A stretch of 64,000 bases of DNA from a phage. The notes beneath the pieces are model-generated. The model did not search any database and was not told where the DNA came from. It was given only the letters and a program-made list of their open reading frames with translations. The DNA lies in NCBI GenBank assembly GCA_033580375.1, contig GCA_033580375.1_4527.1; one strand, written 5' to 3'. The translations under genes were made by a program, and so were the position numbers. Positions 31,935 to 42,534 of this stretch are shown here, piece by piece; position 1 is the stretch's first letter; each line of letters opens with the position of its first letter.

Positions 31935-32269
31935 AATAAGAAATCTAACGTATTAGTTTTTTCACCACGAGCAACTGATGGGCGAAGCATGTTTTCGTCA
32001 ATTGCTTCACTTGTAATTTTTTCAACAATTCCTGTAGGAATAAATTTAGCAAATTGTGTTTCTGGAATAGAATTTTCTTCCAAGAAAGCAGTTGTTGCTT
32101 CTAAATAAGACATACCAAATTGTTCAACCATGGATTCGATAATGAATCCGTTTTCTTGACGGTCAAGCAATTTAGCGATATCATCTTTATCGTGTTTTAC
32201 TGCTAATTCTTGTTCAGATAAACCGGTCTCATCAACCGGTTTAATATCACTTAGTGAAAACTGTGTCAT
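31931..32269 (-). CDS. 33: late transcription co-activator gp33
   Basis: 112-aa acidic ORF (same as T4 gp33), synteny. Confidence 0.8.
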   Translation of the reverse strand: MTQFSLSDIKPVDETGLSEQELAVKHDKDDIAKLLDRQENGFIIESMVEQFGMSYLEATTAFLEENSIPETQFAKFIPTGIVEKITSEAIDENMLRPSVARGEKTNTLDFLL

Positions 32270-32516
32270 AAAGCTCGACTACCTCTTCGTTTTCAGCTTC
32301 AAATTGGTCACGAGCATCTTTATGATAAAGAGCTAACAAACGATTAAACATTTTTCCATCGACGCCAAGCTCTTCTTTAGCACGAGTACGAATGTCTTTA
32401 ATCAGTTCATTATAACCAGAAATTTTAAGTTTGTTATCAGAAGCTTCTTTGACTAGTTTAGCCAGTTCTTCACCATGCACATCTTGATTAAATTCAACTG
32501 CTTCTTTCTTAGCCAT
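32247..32516 (-). CDS. dsbA: double-stranded DNA-binding protein DsbA
   Basis: ORF-track ORF trimmed to ATG (MAKKEAVEF...) with SD GAGGT, giving 89 aa as in T4. Confidence 0.7.
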   Translation of the reverse strand: MAKKEAVEFNQDVHGEELAKLVKEASDNKLKISGYNELIKDIRTRAKEELGVDGKMFNRLLALYHKDARDQFEAENEEVVELYDTVFTK

Positions 32517-32523
32517 GTTTACC

Positions 32524-33441
32524 TCAGAATTCATTAATTACACTTGTTAATTTAGAAAGTCCAGATTTTACAAAGTACGAATAAATCTTGCCTTTAGGTT
32601 GTGGTTTATATGAGTTATAATACTCTATAATGGTTGAAGCAATATTATCAGGGATATAATCAAAATCAATGAGAATCAAATTTTCTTGATACCGTTTATA
32701 TTCTTCTGCACTTAATAATACTTCAGCTTGAGAACGGTCATTGGCAATTGCTTCAATAATTGATGTTTTCATGCTTGGAGTTCGTTCACCATCAACTCTG
32801 GTAAACCAGAAGTCGCCACGAACTCGAACAGATGCAACACCATCTTTACGGTCGCCTTTAAGAATTTTAGTCATGCAATCAATTTCAGCAGAACCATTCT
32901 TAATTTTAACCCATTTTTTCTGCGGTGGCGACCACTGTTTAACGTTAGGGTATTTGTGTAATTGTGTAAAGTCACCATCTGATGCAACAATACACACCTT
33001 ATGACCAGCTAATGACAAATATTTAGTTAATACACCGATATGGTCATCCGCTTCGTATTTGTCAATATCCATTACAACGTATGGCATATATTTCTTAATC
33101 TCATCAACGACTTGATGGAGTGCAGTAAAATATCCTTCCCAATCCCACTTTGAAGCTTCACGATCAGTTTTACGATTTTTCTTGTAATAGTAAGCAAAGT
33201 CGCGTCGCCAATACCCAGAAGTAGCGTTATCCATGCACAATACAAATTTTGTATAACCTTGCTTACGGAACATCACTACGTTTTTACGAATTGAATTCAA
33301 GACCACATGGCGAACCATCGGAACAGTAATTTTATCACCGTCTTCAAAGTTGTTTAATGCAGCTGCCAATGCAATGTTACTAAAGTCGGCAAGTGCAATA
33401 CCTTCTTTGTAATCTTCATCCAACATCATTTCTAAATCCAT
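32524..33441 (-). CDS. rnh: RNase H (5'-3' flap exonuclease)
   Basis: 305-aa ORF (same as T4 RNase H), synteny next to gene 34. Confidence 0.85.
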   Translation of the reverse strand: MDLEMMLDEDYKEGIALADFSNIALAAALNNFEDGDKITVPMVRHVVLNSIRKNVVMFRKQGYTKFVLCMDNATSGYWRRDFAYYYKKNRKTDREASKWDWEGYFTALHQVVDEIKKYMPYVVMDIDKYEADDHIGVLTKYLSLAGHKVCIVASDGDFTQLHKYPNVKQWSPPQKKWVKIKNGSAEIDCMTKILKGDRKDGVASVRVRGDFWFTRVDGERTPSMKTSIIEAIANDRSQAEVLLSAEEYKRYQENLILIDFDYIPDNIASTIIEYYNSYKPQPKGKIYSYFVKSGLSKLTSVINEF

Positions 33442-33474
33442 ATGAACCTCTTGTTCAGTTAGTCAACTTGGACC

Positions 33475-33504
33475 ATAGTAACATACTAGTTCGAAAGCGT
33501 AAAT
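33475..33504 (-). promoter_or_regulatory. T4-type early promoter for rnh
   Basis: Minus strand ATTTAC-N18-TACTAT. Confidence 0.45.
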
Positions 33505-33519
33505 AGTCTTTTACTCATT

Positions 33520-33527
33520 TATAAATA
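33520..33527 (+). promoter_or_regulatory. T4-type late promoter for gene 34
   Basis: TATAAATA about 34 nt upstream of the gene 34 ATG. Confidence 0.6.
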
Positions 33528-33561
33528 GTAAAATAGAACACATGATGATAAGAGGACTACC

Positions 33562-36500
33562 ATGGTTGACATCAAACGTAAGTTCAGGGCCGAAGATGGT
33601 CTTGACGCAGGCGGTGATAAGATAGTTAACGTTGCGCTTGCTGACCGCACAGTTGGCACCGATGGCGTGAACGTTGACTTTTTGGTGCAAGAAAACACCG
33701 TACAGAATTATGACGAGACGCGCGCGTATACAAAAGATTTTATTGTTCTTTATGATAATCGTTTTTATCAAGCTTTAAACGATATTCCAGCTCCGGCAGG
33801 CCCTTTCTCTTTGGCTAAATGGAAGGCAACTCGTACAGATGCAGAATGGATTACAGTTCAAGGCGGAGATTTCCAATTATCAGTAGGTAACTCTATCGCG
33901 GTTGATACTTCAGCTGGCACTGATATTAATTTCACTTTGCCTCAAAATCCTTTAGATGGCGATACAGTTATTTTGTCTGATATTGGTGGTAGAGTAGGCT
34001 ATGTAAAAGTTCAAATTACTGCAGAGGCTCAAAGTATTGTAAACTTTAGAGGACAACAGGTTCGTTCAGTTTTAATGACGCACCCAAAATCTAAAATGGT
34101 CTTCATTTTTAGCAACCGCCTATGGCAAATGTATGTTTCTGATTACGAACGTAATGCAGTCACAGTAACTCCTGCTAAGCCATATCAGGCGCAACCTAAT
34201 GATTTTATCATTCGACGTTTTACATCAGCCGCTCCTATTAATATTACATTGCCTCGTAATGCTAATAATGGCGATATTATTAATTTAGTTGATTTAGACA
34301 AATTAAACCCATTATATCACACAATTGTCAAAACTTACGATGATACAACTTCTATACGAGAAGCTGGTGTTCATGTAGCAGAAGGACGTAATACTGCGGA
34401 AGCATTCTTTGTTTATGATTCTGCTAATAGCTTATGGCGTGTTTGGGAAGGTGACCAGAAATCTCGTTTACGTATAGTTCGTAATGATACTGATTTACGC
34501 CCTAATGAAGAAGTTCTTGTTTTTGGAACTAATAATGATACAATCTCAACGGTAAATCTTACTTTGCCTACAGATATTTTGTCTGGTGATACTGTTAAAA
34601 TATCGTTGAATTATATGCGTAAAGGGCAAACTGTAAAAATTAAAGCTGCTGAAGGCGATACAATTGCTAGCAGTATTTCTTTATTACAGTTCCCAAAACG
34701 TTCGGAGTATCCACCTGATGCACAATGGGTTTCTGTTAGTGAGCTGGAATTTAATGGTGATACTTCGTATGTACCTGTACTTGAGTTAGCTTATATAGAA
34801 GATTATTCATCTGAAACAAAATATTGGGTAGTTCAACAAAACACCGTAACCGTCGAACGAGTCGATGCATCGAGCAATACCACTCGAGCTCGTTTAGGTG
34901 TTATTGCTCTTGCTTCTCAAGCGCAAGCAAATGTCGATTTAGAAAATGCTCCTGGTAAAGAACTGGCTATTACTCCGGAAACATTAGCAAATCGTACAGC
35001 AACTGAAACTCGTCGTGGTATTGCTCGTATTGCAACAACTGCACAAGTTAACCAGAATACCGATTTTGCATTCCAAGACGACTTGATTATTTCTCCTAAG
35101 AAATTGAACGAACGTACAGCAACTGAAACCCGTAGAGGTGTTGCTGAAGTTGCAACTCAGGCTGAAACTAATGCTGGCACAGATGATACCACTATTATTA
35201 CTCCTAAGAAATTGGATGCCCGTCAAGGTTCTGAAGTTTTATCTGGTATTGTAAAATACACATCTACGACTGGTACTACAGCTGCTACTATTCGTGGTAA
35301 TGCTGGGACTAACGTTTATAACAAAGCCGTAGATAATTTAACTATTTCTCCAAAGGCTCTTGACCAGTATAAAGCTACCCCTACTCAACAGGGCGCAGTA
35401 ATTCTTGCTATTGAAAGTGAAGTTATCGCTGGCGAATCACAAGCCGGTTGGGCTAATGCTGTAGTGACCCCTGAAACTCTGCATAAGAAAACTTCTACTG
35501 ATGGACGTATTGGTTTAATTGAAATTGCTACGCAAGCAGAAACTAACACTGGAACTGATTATACTAGAGCAGTAACGCCTAAGACGTTAAATGATAGGAA
35601 AGCTACGGAAGGATTATCCGGCATAGCCGAAATTGCTACGCAAGTTGAATTTGATACTGGAACTGACGATACTCGTATCTCGTCTCCACTGAAAATTAAA
35701 ACTCATTTTGATTCTTCTGACCGTACCAGTGTTAATTCTGATTCCGGACTTATTGAAGAAGGAACCTTGTGGAACCATTATACTCTTGATATTTCTAAAG
35801 CAAATGAAACACAACGTGGTACACTTCGTGTAGCGACCCAAGCAGAATCTAATGCAGGAACTTTAGATGATGTTCTTATTACTCCTAAAAAGCTTTTAGG
35901 GACTAAGTCCACTGAAACGTCTGAAGGCGTGATTAAGGTTGCTACTCAGGCTGAAACTGTAACAGGAACTTCTGCTAATACTGCTGTATCTCCTAAGAAT
36001 TTAAAATGGATTGTCCAGAATGAACCAACATGGGCTGCTACTACTGCAATAAGAGGTTTTGTTAAAACTTCATCTGGTTCAATCACATTCGTTGGTAATG
36101 ATACAGTTGGTTCAACACAACCTTTAGAATCATATGAAAAAAATAGCTATGCTATATCTCCATATGAATTAAACCGTGTACTTGCTAACTATTTGCCATT
36201 GAAAGCTAAAGCCGTAGATAGTAATCTGTTAGATGGTCTAGATTCTCTTCAGTTCATCCGTAGAGACATCGACCAGACGGTTAATGGTTCTTTAAGTCTT
36301 ACTAAACAGACCAACCTGAGTGCTCCTTTAGTATCTACAAGCACTGCTTCTTTTGGGTCCGAAGCATCTGTTACTCGTAGATTAACTCTTAATGACTCTA
36401 GCGGTTCTGAAATAGTTTTCACTAAAGGAACCCAATCTCTTAGTAATAAAGAGAATTTCGTTGTTAGAGCATGGGGTAATAGCGCTACAGATGGTGCCCG

Positions 36501-37395
36501 TGATACAATATTTGAAGCTGGTGACGAAACCGGATACCATTTCTATTCTCAGCGCGCTTCTGATAATAAAGTATCATTTAATATTAATGGAACGCTTTAT
36601 TCAACAGGTATTGTTTCTACAAATGGATTAAATGTTACAGGTGTTTCTACCTTTACCGGGCCTATTAGTGCTACAGGTGAAATTGTTTCTAGTTCTCCTA
36701 TTGCATTCAGAGCTATTAACGGTAACTATGGTGTTATGCTTTATAATGCTGGTGACAGTTCTTATATTGCATTAACTAACTCAGGTGACCAGACCGGGAC
36801 GTTTAATAACTTACGCCCGATCACGATTAACAATGCCACAGGCTTAGTTCGTCTTGACAATGGTGTTCAAATCACAAGTGGTGCAACAATAACTACCGGT
36901 GGGTTAACTGTAAATAACAGAATTATTTCTAACGGCGTTAAAACTGCCACTGTTTATACCGATAAACCAACAGCTTCTACTGTAGGTTTTTGGTCTATTG
37001 ACATTAACGATTCTGCTGTATATAGCCAATTCCCTGGTTACTGGACGCGTGATAACAAAGGTAACCGTGACCAAGAAATTAAATATCCTGGTACTTTGAC
37101 TCAATTTGGTAATAGCTTAGATTCGCTTTATCAGGATTGGATTTGTTATCCTACAGGTGCAAATGGTGGTAGTATTCGTTATACTCGTACATGGCAGAAA
37201 AATAAAGATGCTTGGACCTCATTTGCAATGGTATTTGATAGTGGCAACCCACCTTCACCTAGCGATGTCGGTGCTATCCCATCTGATAATGCTGTGATTG
37301 GAAACCTTACTGTTCGAGACTTCTTACAATTAGGAAATGTGAGAATTGTTCCAGACCCGGTTAACAAAACAGTTAAATTTATATGGGTTGAATAA
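33562..37395 (+). CDS. 34: long tail fibre proximal subunit gp34
   Basis: 1277-aa ORF (T4 gp34 is 1289 aa); about 7 internal repeats of T-E-x-R-G-x-a-x-(I/V)-A-T-Q-A-E-x-N-x-G-T-D. Confidence 0.9.
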   Translation: MVDIKRKFRAEDGLDAGGDKIVNVALADRTVGTDGVNVDFLVQENTVQNYDETRAYTKDFIVLYDNRFYQALNDIPAPAGPFSLAKWKATRTDAEWITVQGGDFQLSVGNSIAVDTSAGTDINFTLPQNPLDGDTVILSDIGGRVGYVKVQITAEAQSIVNFRGQQVRSVLMTHPKSKMVFIFSNRLWQMYVSDYERNAVTVTPAKPYQAQPNDFIIRRFTSAAPINITLPRNANNGDIINLVDLDKLNPLYHTIVKTYDDTTSIREAGVHVAEGRNTAEAFFVYDSANSLWRVWEGDQKSRLRIVRNDTDLRPNEEVLVFGTNNDTISTVNLTLPTDILSGDTVKISLNYMRKGQTVKIKAAEGDTIASSISLLQFPKRSEYPPDAQWVSVSELEFNGDTSYVPVLELAYIEDYSSETKYWVVQQNTVTVERVDASSNTTRARLGVIALASQAQANVDLENAPGKELAITPETLANRTATETRRGIARIATTAQVNQNTDFAFQDDLIISPKKLNERTATETRRGVAEVATQAETNAGTDDTTIITPKKLDARQGSEVLSGIVKYTSTTGTTAATIRGNAGTNVYNKAVDNLTISPKALDQYKATPTQQGAVILAIESEVIAGESQAGWANAVVTPETLHKKTSTDGRIGLIEIATQAETNTGTDYTRAVTPKTLNDRKATEGLSGIAEIATQVEFDTGTDDTRISSPLKIKTHFDSSDRTSVNSDSGLIEEGTLWNHYTLDISKANETQRGTLRVATQAESNAGTLDDVLITPKKLLGTKSTETSEGVIKVATQAETVTGTSANTAVSPKNLKWIVQNEPTWAATTAIRGFVKTSSGSITFVGNDTVGSTQPLESYEKNSYAISPYELNRVLANYLPLKAKAVDSNLLDGLDSLQFIRRDIDQTVNGSLSLTKQTNLSAPLVSTSTASFGSEASVTRRLTLNDSSGSEIVFTKGTQSLSNKENFVVRAWGNSATDGARDTIFEAGDETGYHFYSQRASDNKVSFNINGTLYSTGIVSTNGLNVTGVSTFTGPISATGEIVSSSPIAFRAINGNYGVMLYNAGDSSYIALTNSGDQTGTFNNLRPITINNATGLVRLDNGVQITSGATITTGGLTVNNRIISNGVKTATVYTDKPTASTVGFWSIDINDSAVYSQFPGYWTRDNKGNRDQEIKYPGTLTQFGNSLDSLYQDWICYPTGANGGSIRYTRTWQKNKDAWTSFAMVFDSGNPPSPSDVGAIPSDNAVIGNLTVRDFLQLGNVRIVPDPVNKTVKFIWVE

Positions 37396-37403
37396 GAGGT
37401 TAT

Positions 37404-38528
37404 ATGGAAAAATTTATGGCAAGGTTTGGACAGGGATACGTCCAAACGCCGTTTTTATCGGAAAGCAATTCAGTTAGATTTAAGCTAAGTATAGCGGGTT
37501 CATGCCCGCTTTCAACAACTAATCCGTATATTTTGTTCCAAAATGAGCCTTTAGGGTTGCAGTCTTTTGGTATTGGACTAAATGTTAGGGTAATAAATCC
37601 GGAAAATGGAACTATAGTTGATAGTAAATTATACAATTTTGCGCCTACAAATAATGCAACTTCAGCTGCATTTATTTCGTTTGTTAATACATACGCAGAT
37701 AATTTCATTTTCGCATTTATTTCTAATAACAAATTTAATTTGCCACCAGAAATAATTGAATGGTTTAAAGCTGCTGGGAGTTCAGTTATACCGTCAATTG
37801 AAGTTGCTAGTCTTGTTGATATTTCATATTCAGCGTTTTATGTTTCAGGTAAAAATACTATTGCATTGGAACACATAAAATACAGTAATAAGAAAACAAT
37901 TTCTGATTACTCAACTCCATTAGATATTGTATATGACTCTATTGCTGATATAGGTGCTACCGGCTATCCTAGACGTACATACGAAGCTCTAGAAACGTTT
38001 TTATCTCCTGTTGGAGGAACTAACAATGAAATAAAAAGGGTGCCTACATCATCCCTTGTTACTCCTATCGCAAACTATGGATTAAAGCCTACAGATTTTC
38101 TTTATTTGAAATTTCAATTAATGGCTGATGAAGCATTACTAGAGGAAGGAACCACAAGACTTTCAATTCGTTTCTTTAAGTCTCCATCTAGCTCTCCTAT
38201 ATCGTCTAAAGATATAAACTTTGACGGAACTGCTGGGGTGTGGAAGCTGTATGAAGAATACGTTGAAATACCAGCTGAAGCCGATGGTTTTACAGTATAT
38301 TGTTACCGTACGGCCCCAGTCGGTCAAGGTGGACTAAGAAATGTTATTTTCACTGAAGTATCATGTAACGGAAGTATAGCAAAACCTGCCGAGTTTGGCC
38401 TAAATGGTATTCGTGCTAATTACATCGATGAATCATTAACCGGTAATGATATAATGGACTTGCCTACTCAGTTATCTAACGACACGGGTAAGGTATTTGG
38501 GCAGGAATTTAAAGAGTACACAGAATAA
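37404..38528 (+). CDS. 35: long tail fibre hinge connector gp35
   Basis: 374-aa ORF, synteny. Confidence 0.8.
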   Translation: MEKFMARFGQGYVQTPFLSESNSVRFKLSIAGSCPLSTTNPYILFQNEPLGLQSFGIGLNVRVINPENGTIVDSKLYNFAPTNNATSAAFISFVNTYADNFIFAFISNNKFNLPPEIIEWFKAAGSSVIPSIEVASLVDISYSAFYVSGKNTIALEHIKYSNKKTISDYSTPLDIVYDSIADIGATGYPRRTYEALETFLSPVGGTNNEIKRVPTSSLVTPIANYGLKPTDFLYLKFQLMADEALLEEGTTRLSIRFFKSPSSSPISSKDINFDGTAGVWKLYEEYVEIPAEADGFTVYCYRTAPVGQGGLRNVIFTEVSCNGSIAKPAEFGLNGIRANYIDESLTGNDIMDLPTQLSNDTGKVFGQEFKEYTE

Positions 38529-38529
38529 A

Positions 38530-38549
38530 GGAGACTTCGGTCTCCTTTT
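38530..38549 (+). terminator. intrinsic terminator after gene 35
   Basis: GGAGAC-UUCG-GUCUCC followed by UUUUCG. Confidence 0.6.
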
Positions 38550-38553
38550 CGCG

Positions 38554-38561
38554 TATAAATA
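38554..38561 (+). promoter_or_regulatory. T4-type late promoter for gene 36
   Basis: TATAAATA 26 nt upstream of the gene 36 ATG, SD AAGGAG. Confidence 0.6.
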
Positions 38562-38587
38562 CTTTAATATTAATAAGGAGACACGAA

Positions 38588-39244
38588 ATGGCCGATTTAA
38601 AAGCCGGAAGTACAGTTGGTGGTTCCGTCATATGGCATCAAGGCAATTTTCCTTTAATGCCAGCTGGCGATGACATCCTATATAAAACATTTAAATTATA
38701 CACTGAATATAACAAGCCAAAAGCGGCTGATAACGATTTCGTATCTAAAGCAAACGGCGGGACATATCTCAAAAAGGTAATCTTTAACGAAGGTGTTGCA
38801 GTCAAAACAGCAGATGACCAAACGAATGGTATTTTTTCTGGTGGTGGTGACGCCGCGACATTCGACCAAACAAACATGGATATTGTTTCGTGGTATGGTA
38901 TTGGGTTTAAATCATCTCAAGGTACCGGTGAAAGAACTGTTGTAATTGATACTCGCACCGGTAATATAAGTTCTAAAGGCGTTATTGAAGCATCTCAATT
39001 CAGAGCCACAACGTTAGCACCTTTAAATAATTACGACCTTACTCGCAAAGATTATGTTGATAGTCAAATAAATACAGTTAATGCTAATGCAAACAGTCGT
39101 GTACTCCGTTCAGGAGATACAATGACCGGTGCGCTAACCGCCCCAAACTTTTTCTCACAGAATCCTGCATCTCAACCCTCGCATGTTCCGCGATTTGACC
39201 AAATTGTTATTAAGGATTCTGTTCAAGATTTCGGCTATTATTAA
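38588..39244 (+). CDS. 36: long tail fibre distal connector gp36
   Basis: 218-aa ORF (T4 gp36 is 221 aa), synteny. Confidence 0.8.
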   Translation: MADLKAGSTVGGSVIWHQGNFPLMPAGDDILYKTFKLYTEYNKPKAADNDFVSKANGGTYLKKVIFNEGVAVKTADDQTNGIFSGGGDAATFDQTNMDIVSWYGIGFKSSQGTGERTVVIDTRTGNISSKGVIEASQFRATTLAPLNNYDLTRKDYVDSQINTVNANANSRVLRSGDTMTGALTAPNFFSQNPASQPSHVPRFDQIVIKDSVQDFGYY

Positions 39245-39252
39245 GAGGACTT

Positions 39253-42200
39253 ATGGCTACTTTAAAACAAATACAATTTAAAAGAAGCAAAACCGCAGGC
39301 GCACGTCCTGCCGCTTCAGTATTAGCCGAAGGTGAATTGGCTATAAACTTAAAAGACCGTGTACTTTTTACCAAAGATGACCAAGGAAATATTATTGATC
39401 TTGGTTTTGCTAAAGGCGGTAGTATTGACGGGAATGTTATTCACACAGGTAATTATAACCAAACTGGCGATTATACTTTAAATGGCACCTTCACTCAGAC
39501 AGGTAATTTTAATTTAACTGGTATTGCTCGAGTAACTCGTGATGTTATTGCCGCCGGGCAGATTATGACTGAAGGCGGAGAACTTATTACAAAAAGTTCA
39601 GGTACAGCACATGTTCGTTTTTTCGATAACAATAGTCGCGAACGTGGAATCATTTATGCCCCGGCTAATGATGGTTTAACTACACAAGTACTTAATATCA
39701 GGGTTCAAGACTACGCCGCTGGTGATGAAAGCACCTATGCATTTTCGGGCAGTGGACTATTTACTTCACCTGAAGTATCAGCATGGAAATCTATTTCGTC
39801 TCCACAAATTCTGACCGATAAAGTTATTACAAATGGGAAGAAGACGGGCGATTATGATATCTATTCATTATCAAATAACACTCCATTGGCAGAAAGCGAA
39901 ACGGCTATTAACCACCTCCGTGTTATGCGAAATGCTGTAGGAGCAGGTATTTTCCACGAAGTTAATGTTAATGACGGAATAACCTGGTATTCCGGAGATG
40001 GCTTAGACACTTATCTTTGGTCGTTTACCTGGTCCGGTGGATTGAAAGCCGGTCATTCTATCGCTGTAGGTCTTCCAGGCGGTCCAAAAGGATATTCTGA
40101 ATTAGGAACGGCCTCAATTGTTCTTGGTGATAATGATACCGGATTTAAGTGGCATCAGGATGGATATTTCCATACAGTAAACAACGGAACAAAAACTTTC
40201 ATTTACGGTCCTGCGGAAACACAAAGCCTTAGAAAAATGGTTATGGGTTATTCTCCAGATGGGCTTCTTATGACAACGCCACCGACAGAAAACTATGCTT
40301 TGGCCACTGTTGTTACTTACCATGATAATAACGCATACGGCGACGGTCAGACTCTTTTAGGATATTATCAAGGCGGTAATTATCATCACTATTTCCGCGG
40401 TAAAGGTACTACAAACATTAATACTCACGGCGGTTTGTTAGTTACTCCAGGTAATATTGATGTTATTGGCGGTTCTGTTAATATAGATGGTAGAAATAAT
40501 TCTTCTACACTAATGTTTAGAGGCAACACAACAGGATACAGCTCGGTTGATAATATGGATATTAAAGTTTGGGGTAATACGTTTGTTGATCCAAGCGGAG
40601 GTATCCGTAAAAACATTATGGAAATTTCTGATGCAACTAGCTGGATGAGCTATATTCAAAGACTTACTACTGGCGAAGTAGAAATGAACGTTAATGGTTC
40701 ATTTGAATCATCTGGTGTTACTGCTGGAGATAGAGGAGTTCACACAACAGGTGAAATTTCATCTGGAGCAGTGAATGCTCTTCGCATTTGGAATGCAGAT
40801 TATGGAGCCATTTTTAGACGTTCAGAAGGAAGTCTTCATATTATTCCAACTGCTTACGGTGAAGGTAAACACGGTGATATCGGTCCACTTCGCCCGTTTA
40901 GTATGGCTTTAGATACCGGTAAAGTTACTATTCCGGATTTACAATCAAGTTACAATACGTTCGCTGCTAACGGTTATATTAAATTTGTTGGTCATGGAGC
41001 GGGTGCCGGTGGTTATGACATTCAATATTCTCAAGCGGCTCCTATTTTCCAGGAAATCGATGATGATGCTGTAAGCAAATATTATCCTATTGTTAAACAG
41101 AAGTTTTTAAACGGTAAATGCGTTTGGTCTTTAGGTACTGAAATTAATTCGGGTACATTCGTTATTCATCATCTGAAAGAAGATGGTTCACAAGGCCATA
41201 CGTCTCGTTTTAATCAAGACGGTACTGTTAACTTCCCAGATAACGTTTCTGTCGGCGGCGGTGAAGCTACTATTGCTCGTAATGGTAACATCTGGTCTGA
41301 TATCTGGAAAACGTTTACTTCAGCAGGCGACGTAACTAATATTCGCGATGCTATTGCTACTCGCGTTGCCAAAGAAGGCGACACGATGACCGGCACTCTT
41401 TGGATTAATAAAGATGCCGCTGGAATAGTTCTTAATCCTCCTTTGACCAGTGATTCATCATTTATTCGTTCTGATACGGCCGGGGCCAATAATTGGTATA
41501 TTGGTAAAGGCGGTGCCGACAATGGTCTAGGTTTTTACAGTTACATTACACAAGGCGGTGTATACATAACAAATACCGGTGAAATATCGCTTTCTCCTCA
41601 AGGACAAGGAACATTTAATTTTAATAGAGACCGCCTTTATATAAATGCTAGTCAATGGGTTGCACATAAATCTGGCGCTTGGGGCGACCAATGGGGCTTA
41701 GAAGCTCCTGTATTTGTGGATTTTGGCTACGTCGGTAATGATAGTTATTATCCTATTATTAAAGGAAAATCTGTTATTACGAATGAAGGATACGTGTCAG
41801 GCGTTGATTTTGGTATGCGCCGTACCCCTAATATGTGGGCACAAGGTATTATCCGTGTAGGCAACCAGGAAAACGGTTCAGACCCACAAGCCATCTATGA
41901 ATTCCACAGTAACGGTACTTTTTATGCCCCTAGCCTACTTAAGAGCAACAGAGTATCAGCAGGTGGCGGTGACCCCGTATGGGCCGGGCCATGTATTGTT
42001 CTTGGCGATAATGACACAGGTCTAGTTTGGGAAGCAGATGGTATTTTCAACGCATATGCAAACGGACAAGGTGTATTCAGTTTTAGAGCCGGTCTCGCAC
42101 AAACATTTGGTAACGTAGCGTTAAACGTTAACGCAGGTATGTATGTTCGTGATAACATTGATGTTAACGACGTTTATATCCGTTCTGATATTCGCTGTAA

Positions 42201-42504
42201 GTCAGAAATTAAGCTTATTAAGAACGCTCAAGAGAAATCTAAACTCTTAGGCGGCTATACTTATCTGCTTAAAAACTCTGTTACAGACGAAGTTAAACCA
42301 TCTGCAGGTTTAATTGCTCAGGAAGTTCAAGAAGTATTGCCTGAACTTGTTTCTGAAGATAAAGAGACCGGACTGCTTCGTTTGAACTATAACGGTATTA
42401 TTGGTTTAAATACTGCCACTATCAACGAGCATACTGACGAAATCAAGGAATTGAAATCTGAAATTGCTGAGTTGAAAGCATTAATTAAATCATTGATAAA
42501 ATAA
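39253..42504 (+). CDS. 37: long tail fibre distal subunit gp37 with C-terminal intramolecular chaperone (S74-like) domain
   Basis: 1083-aa ORF; C-terminal ~106 aa (from RSDIRCKSEI, containing GLIAQEVQEVLPELV) matches the endosialidase-type auto-cleaving chaperone domain. Confidence 0.85.
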   Translation: MATLKQIQFKRSKTAGARPAASVLAEGELAINLKDRVLFTKDDQGNIIDLGFAKGGSIDGNVIHTGNYNQTGDYTLNGTFTQTGNFNLTGIARVTRDVIAAGQIMTEGGELITKSSGTAHVRFFDNNSRERGIIYAPANDGLTTQVLNIRVQDYAAGDESTYAFSGSGLFTSPEVSAWKSISSPQILTDKVITNGKKTGDYDIYSLSNNTPLAESETAINHLRVMRNAVGAGIFHEVNVNDGITWYSGDGLDTYLWSFTWSGGLKAGHSIAVGLPGGPKGYSELGTASIVLGDNDTGFKWHQDGYFHTVNNGTKTFIYGPAETQSLRKMVMGYSPDGLLMTTPPTENYALATVVTYHDNNAYGDGQTLLGYYQGGNYHHYFRGKGTTNINTHGGLLVTPGNIDVIGGSVNIDGRNNSSTLMFRGNTTGYSSVDNMDIKVWGNTFVDPSGGIRKNIMEISDATSWMSYIQRLTTGEVEMNVNGSFESSGVTAGDRGVHTTGEISSGAVNALRIWNADYGAIFRRSEGSLHIIPTAYGEGKHGDIGPLRPFSMALDTGKVTIPDLQSSYNTFAANGYIKFVGHGAGAGGYDIQYSQAAPIFQEIDDDAVSKYYPIVKQKFLNGKCVWSLGTEINSGTFVIHHLKEDGSQGHTSRFNQDGTVNFPDNVSVGGGEATIARNGNIWSDIWKTFTSAGDVTNIRDAIATRVAKEGDTMTGTLWINKDAAGIVLNPPLTSDSSFIRSDTAGANNWYIGKGGADNGLGFYSYITQGGVYITNTGEISLSPQGQGTFNFNRDRLYINASQWVAHKSGAWGDQWGLEAPVFVDFGYVGNDSYYPIIKGKSVITNEGYVSGVDFGMRRTPNMWAQGIIRVGNQENGSDPQAIYEFHSNGTFYAPSLLKSNRVSAGGGDPVWAGPCIVLGDNDTGLVWEADGIFNAYANGQGVFSFRAGLAQTFGNVALNVNAGMYVRDNIDVNDVYIRSDIRCKSEIKLIKNAQEKSKLLGGYTYLLKNSVTDEVKPSAGLIAQEVQEVLPELVSEDKETGLLRLNYNGIIGLNTATINEHTDEIKELKSEIAELKALIKSLIK

Positions 42505-42509
42505 TAAAA

Positions 42510-42523
42510 GGGCCTTCGGGCCC
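42510..42523 (+). promoter_or_regulatory. hairpin between genes 37 and 38
   Basis: GGGCC-UUCG-GGCCC immediately followed by SD GGAGG and the gene 38 ATG. Confidence 0.45.
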
Positions 42524-42534
42524 TGGAGGTTTTT

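Noticed and set aside
33511-33771. Antisense and overlapping ORFs inside large genes (for example 33511-33771, 34984-35226, 35614-35841, 40114-40323, 41214-41522, 43021-43321, 8687-9274, 52821-53198)
   Set aside because: Shadow ORFs within well-supported genes on the opposite strand or in another frame; no RBS, and several are glycine- or serine-rich mirror translations.
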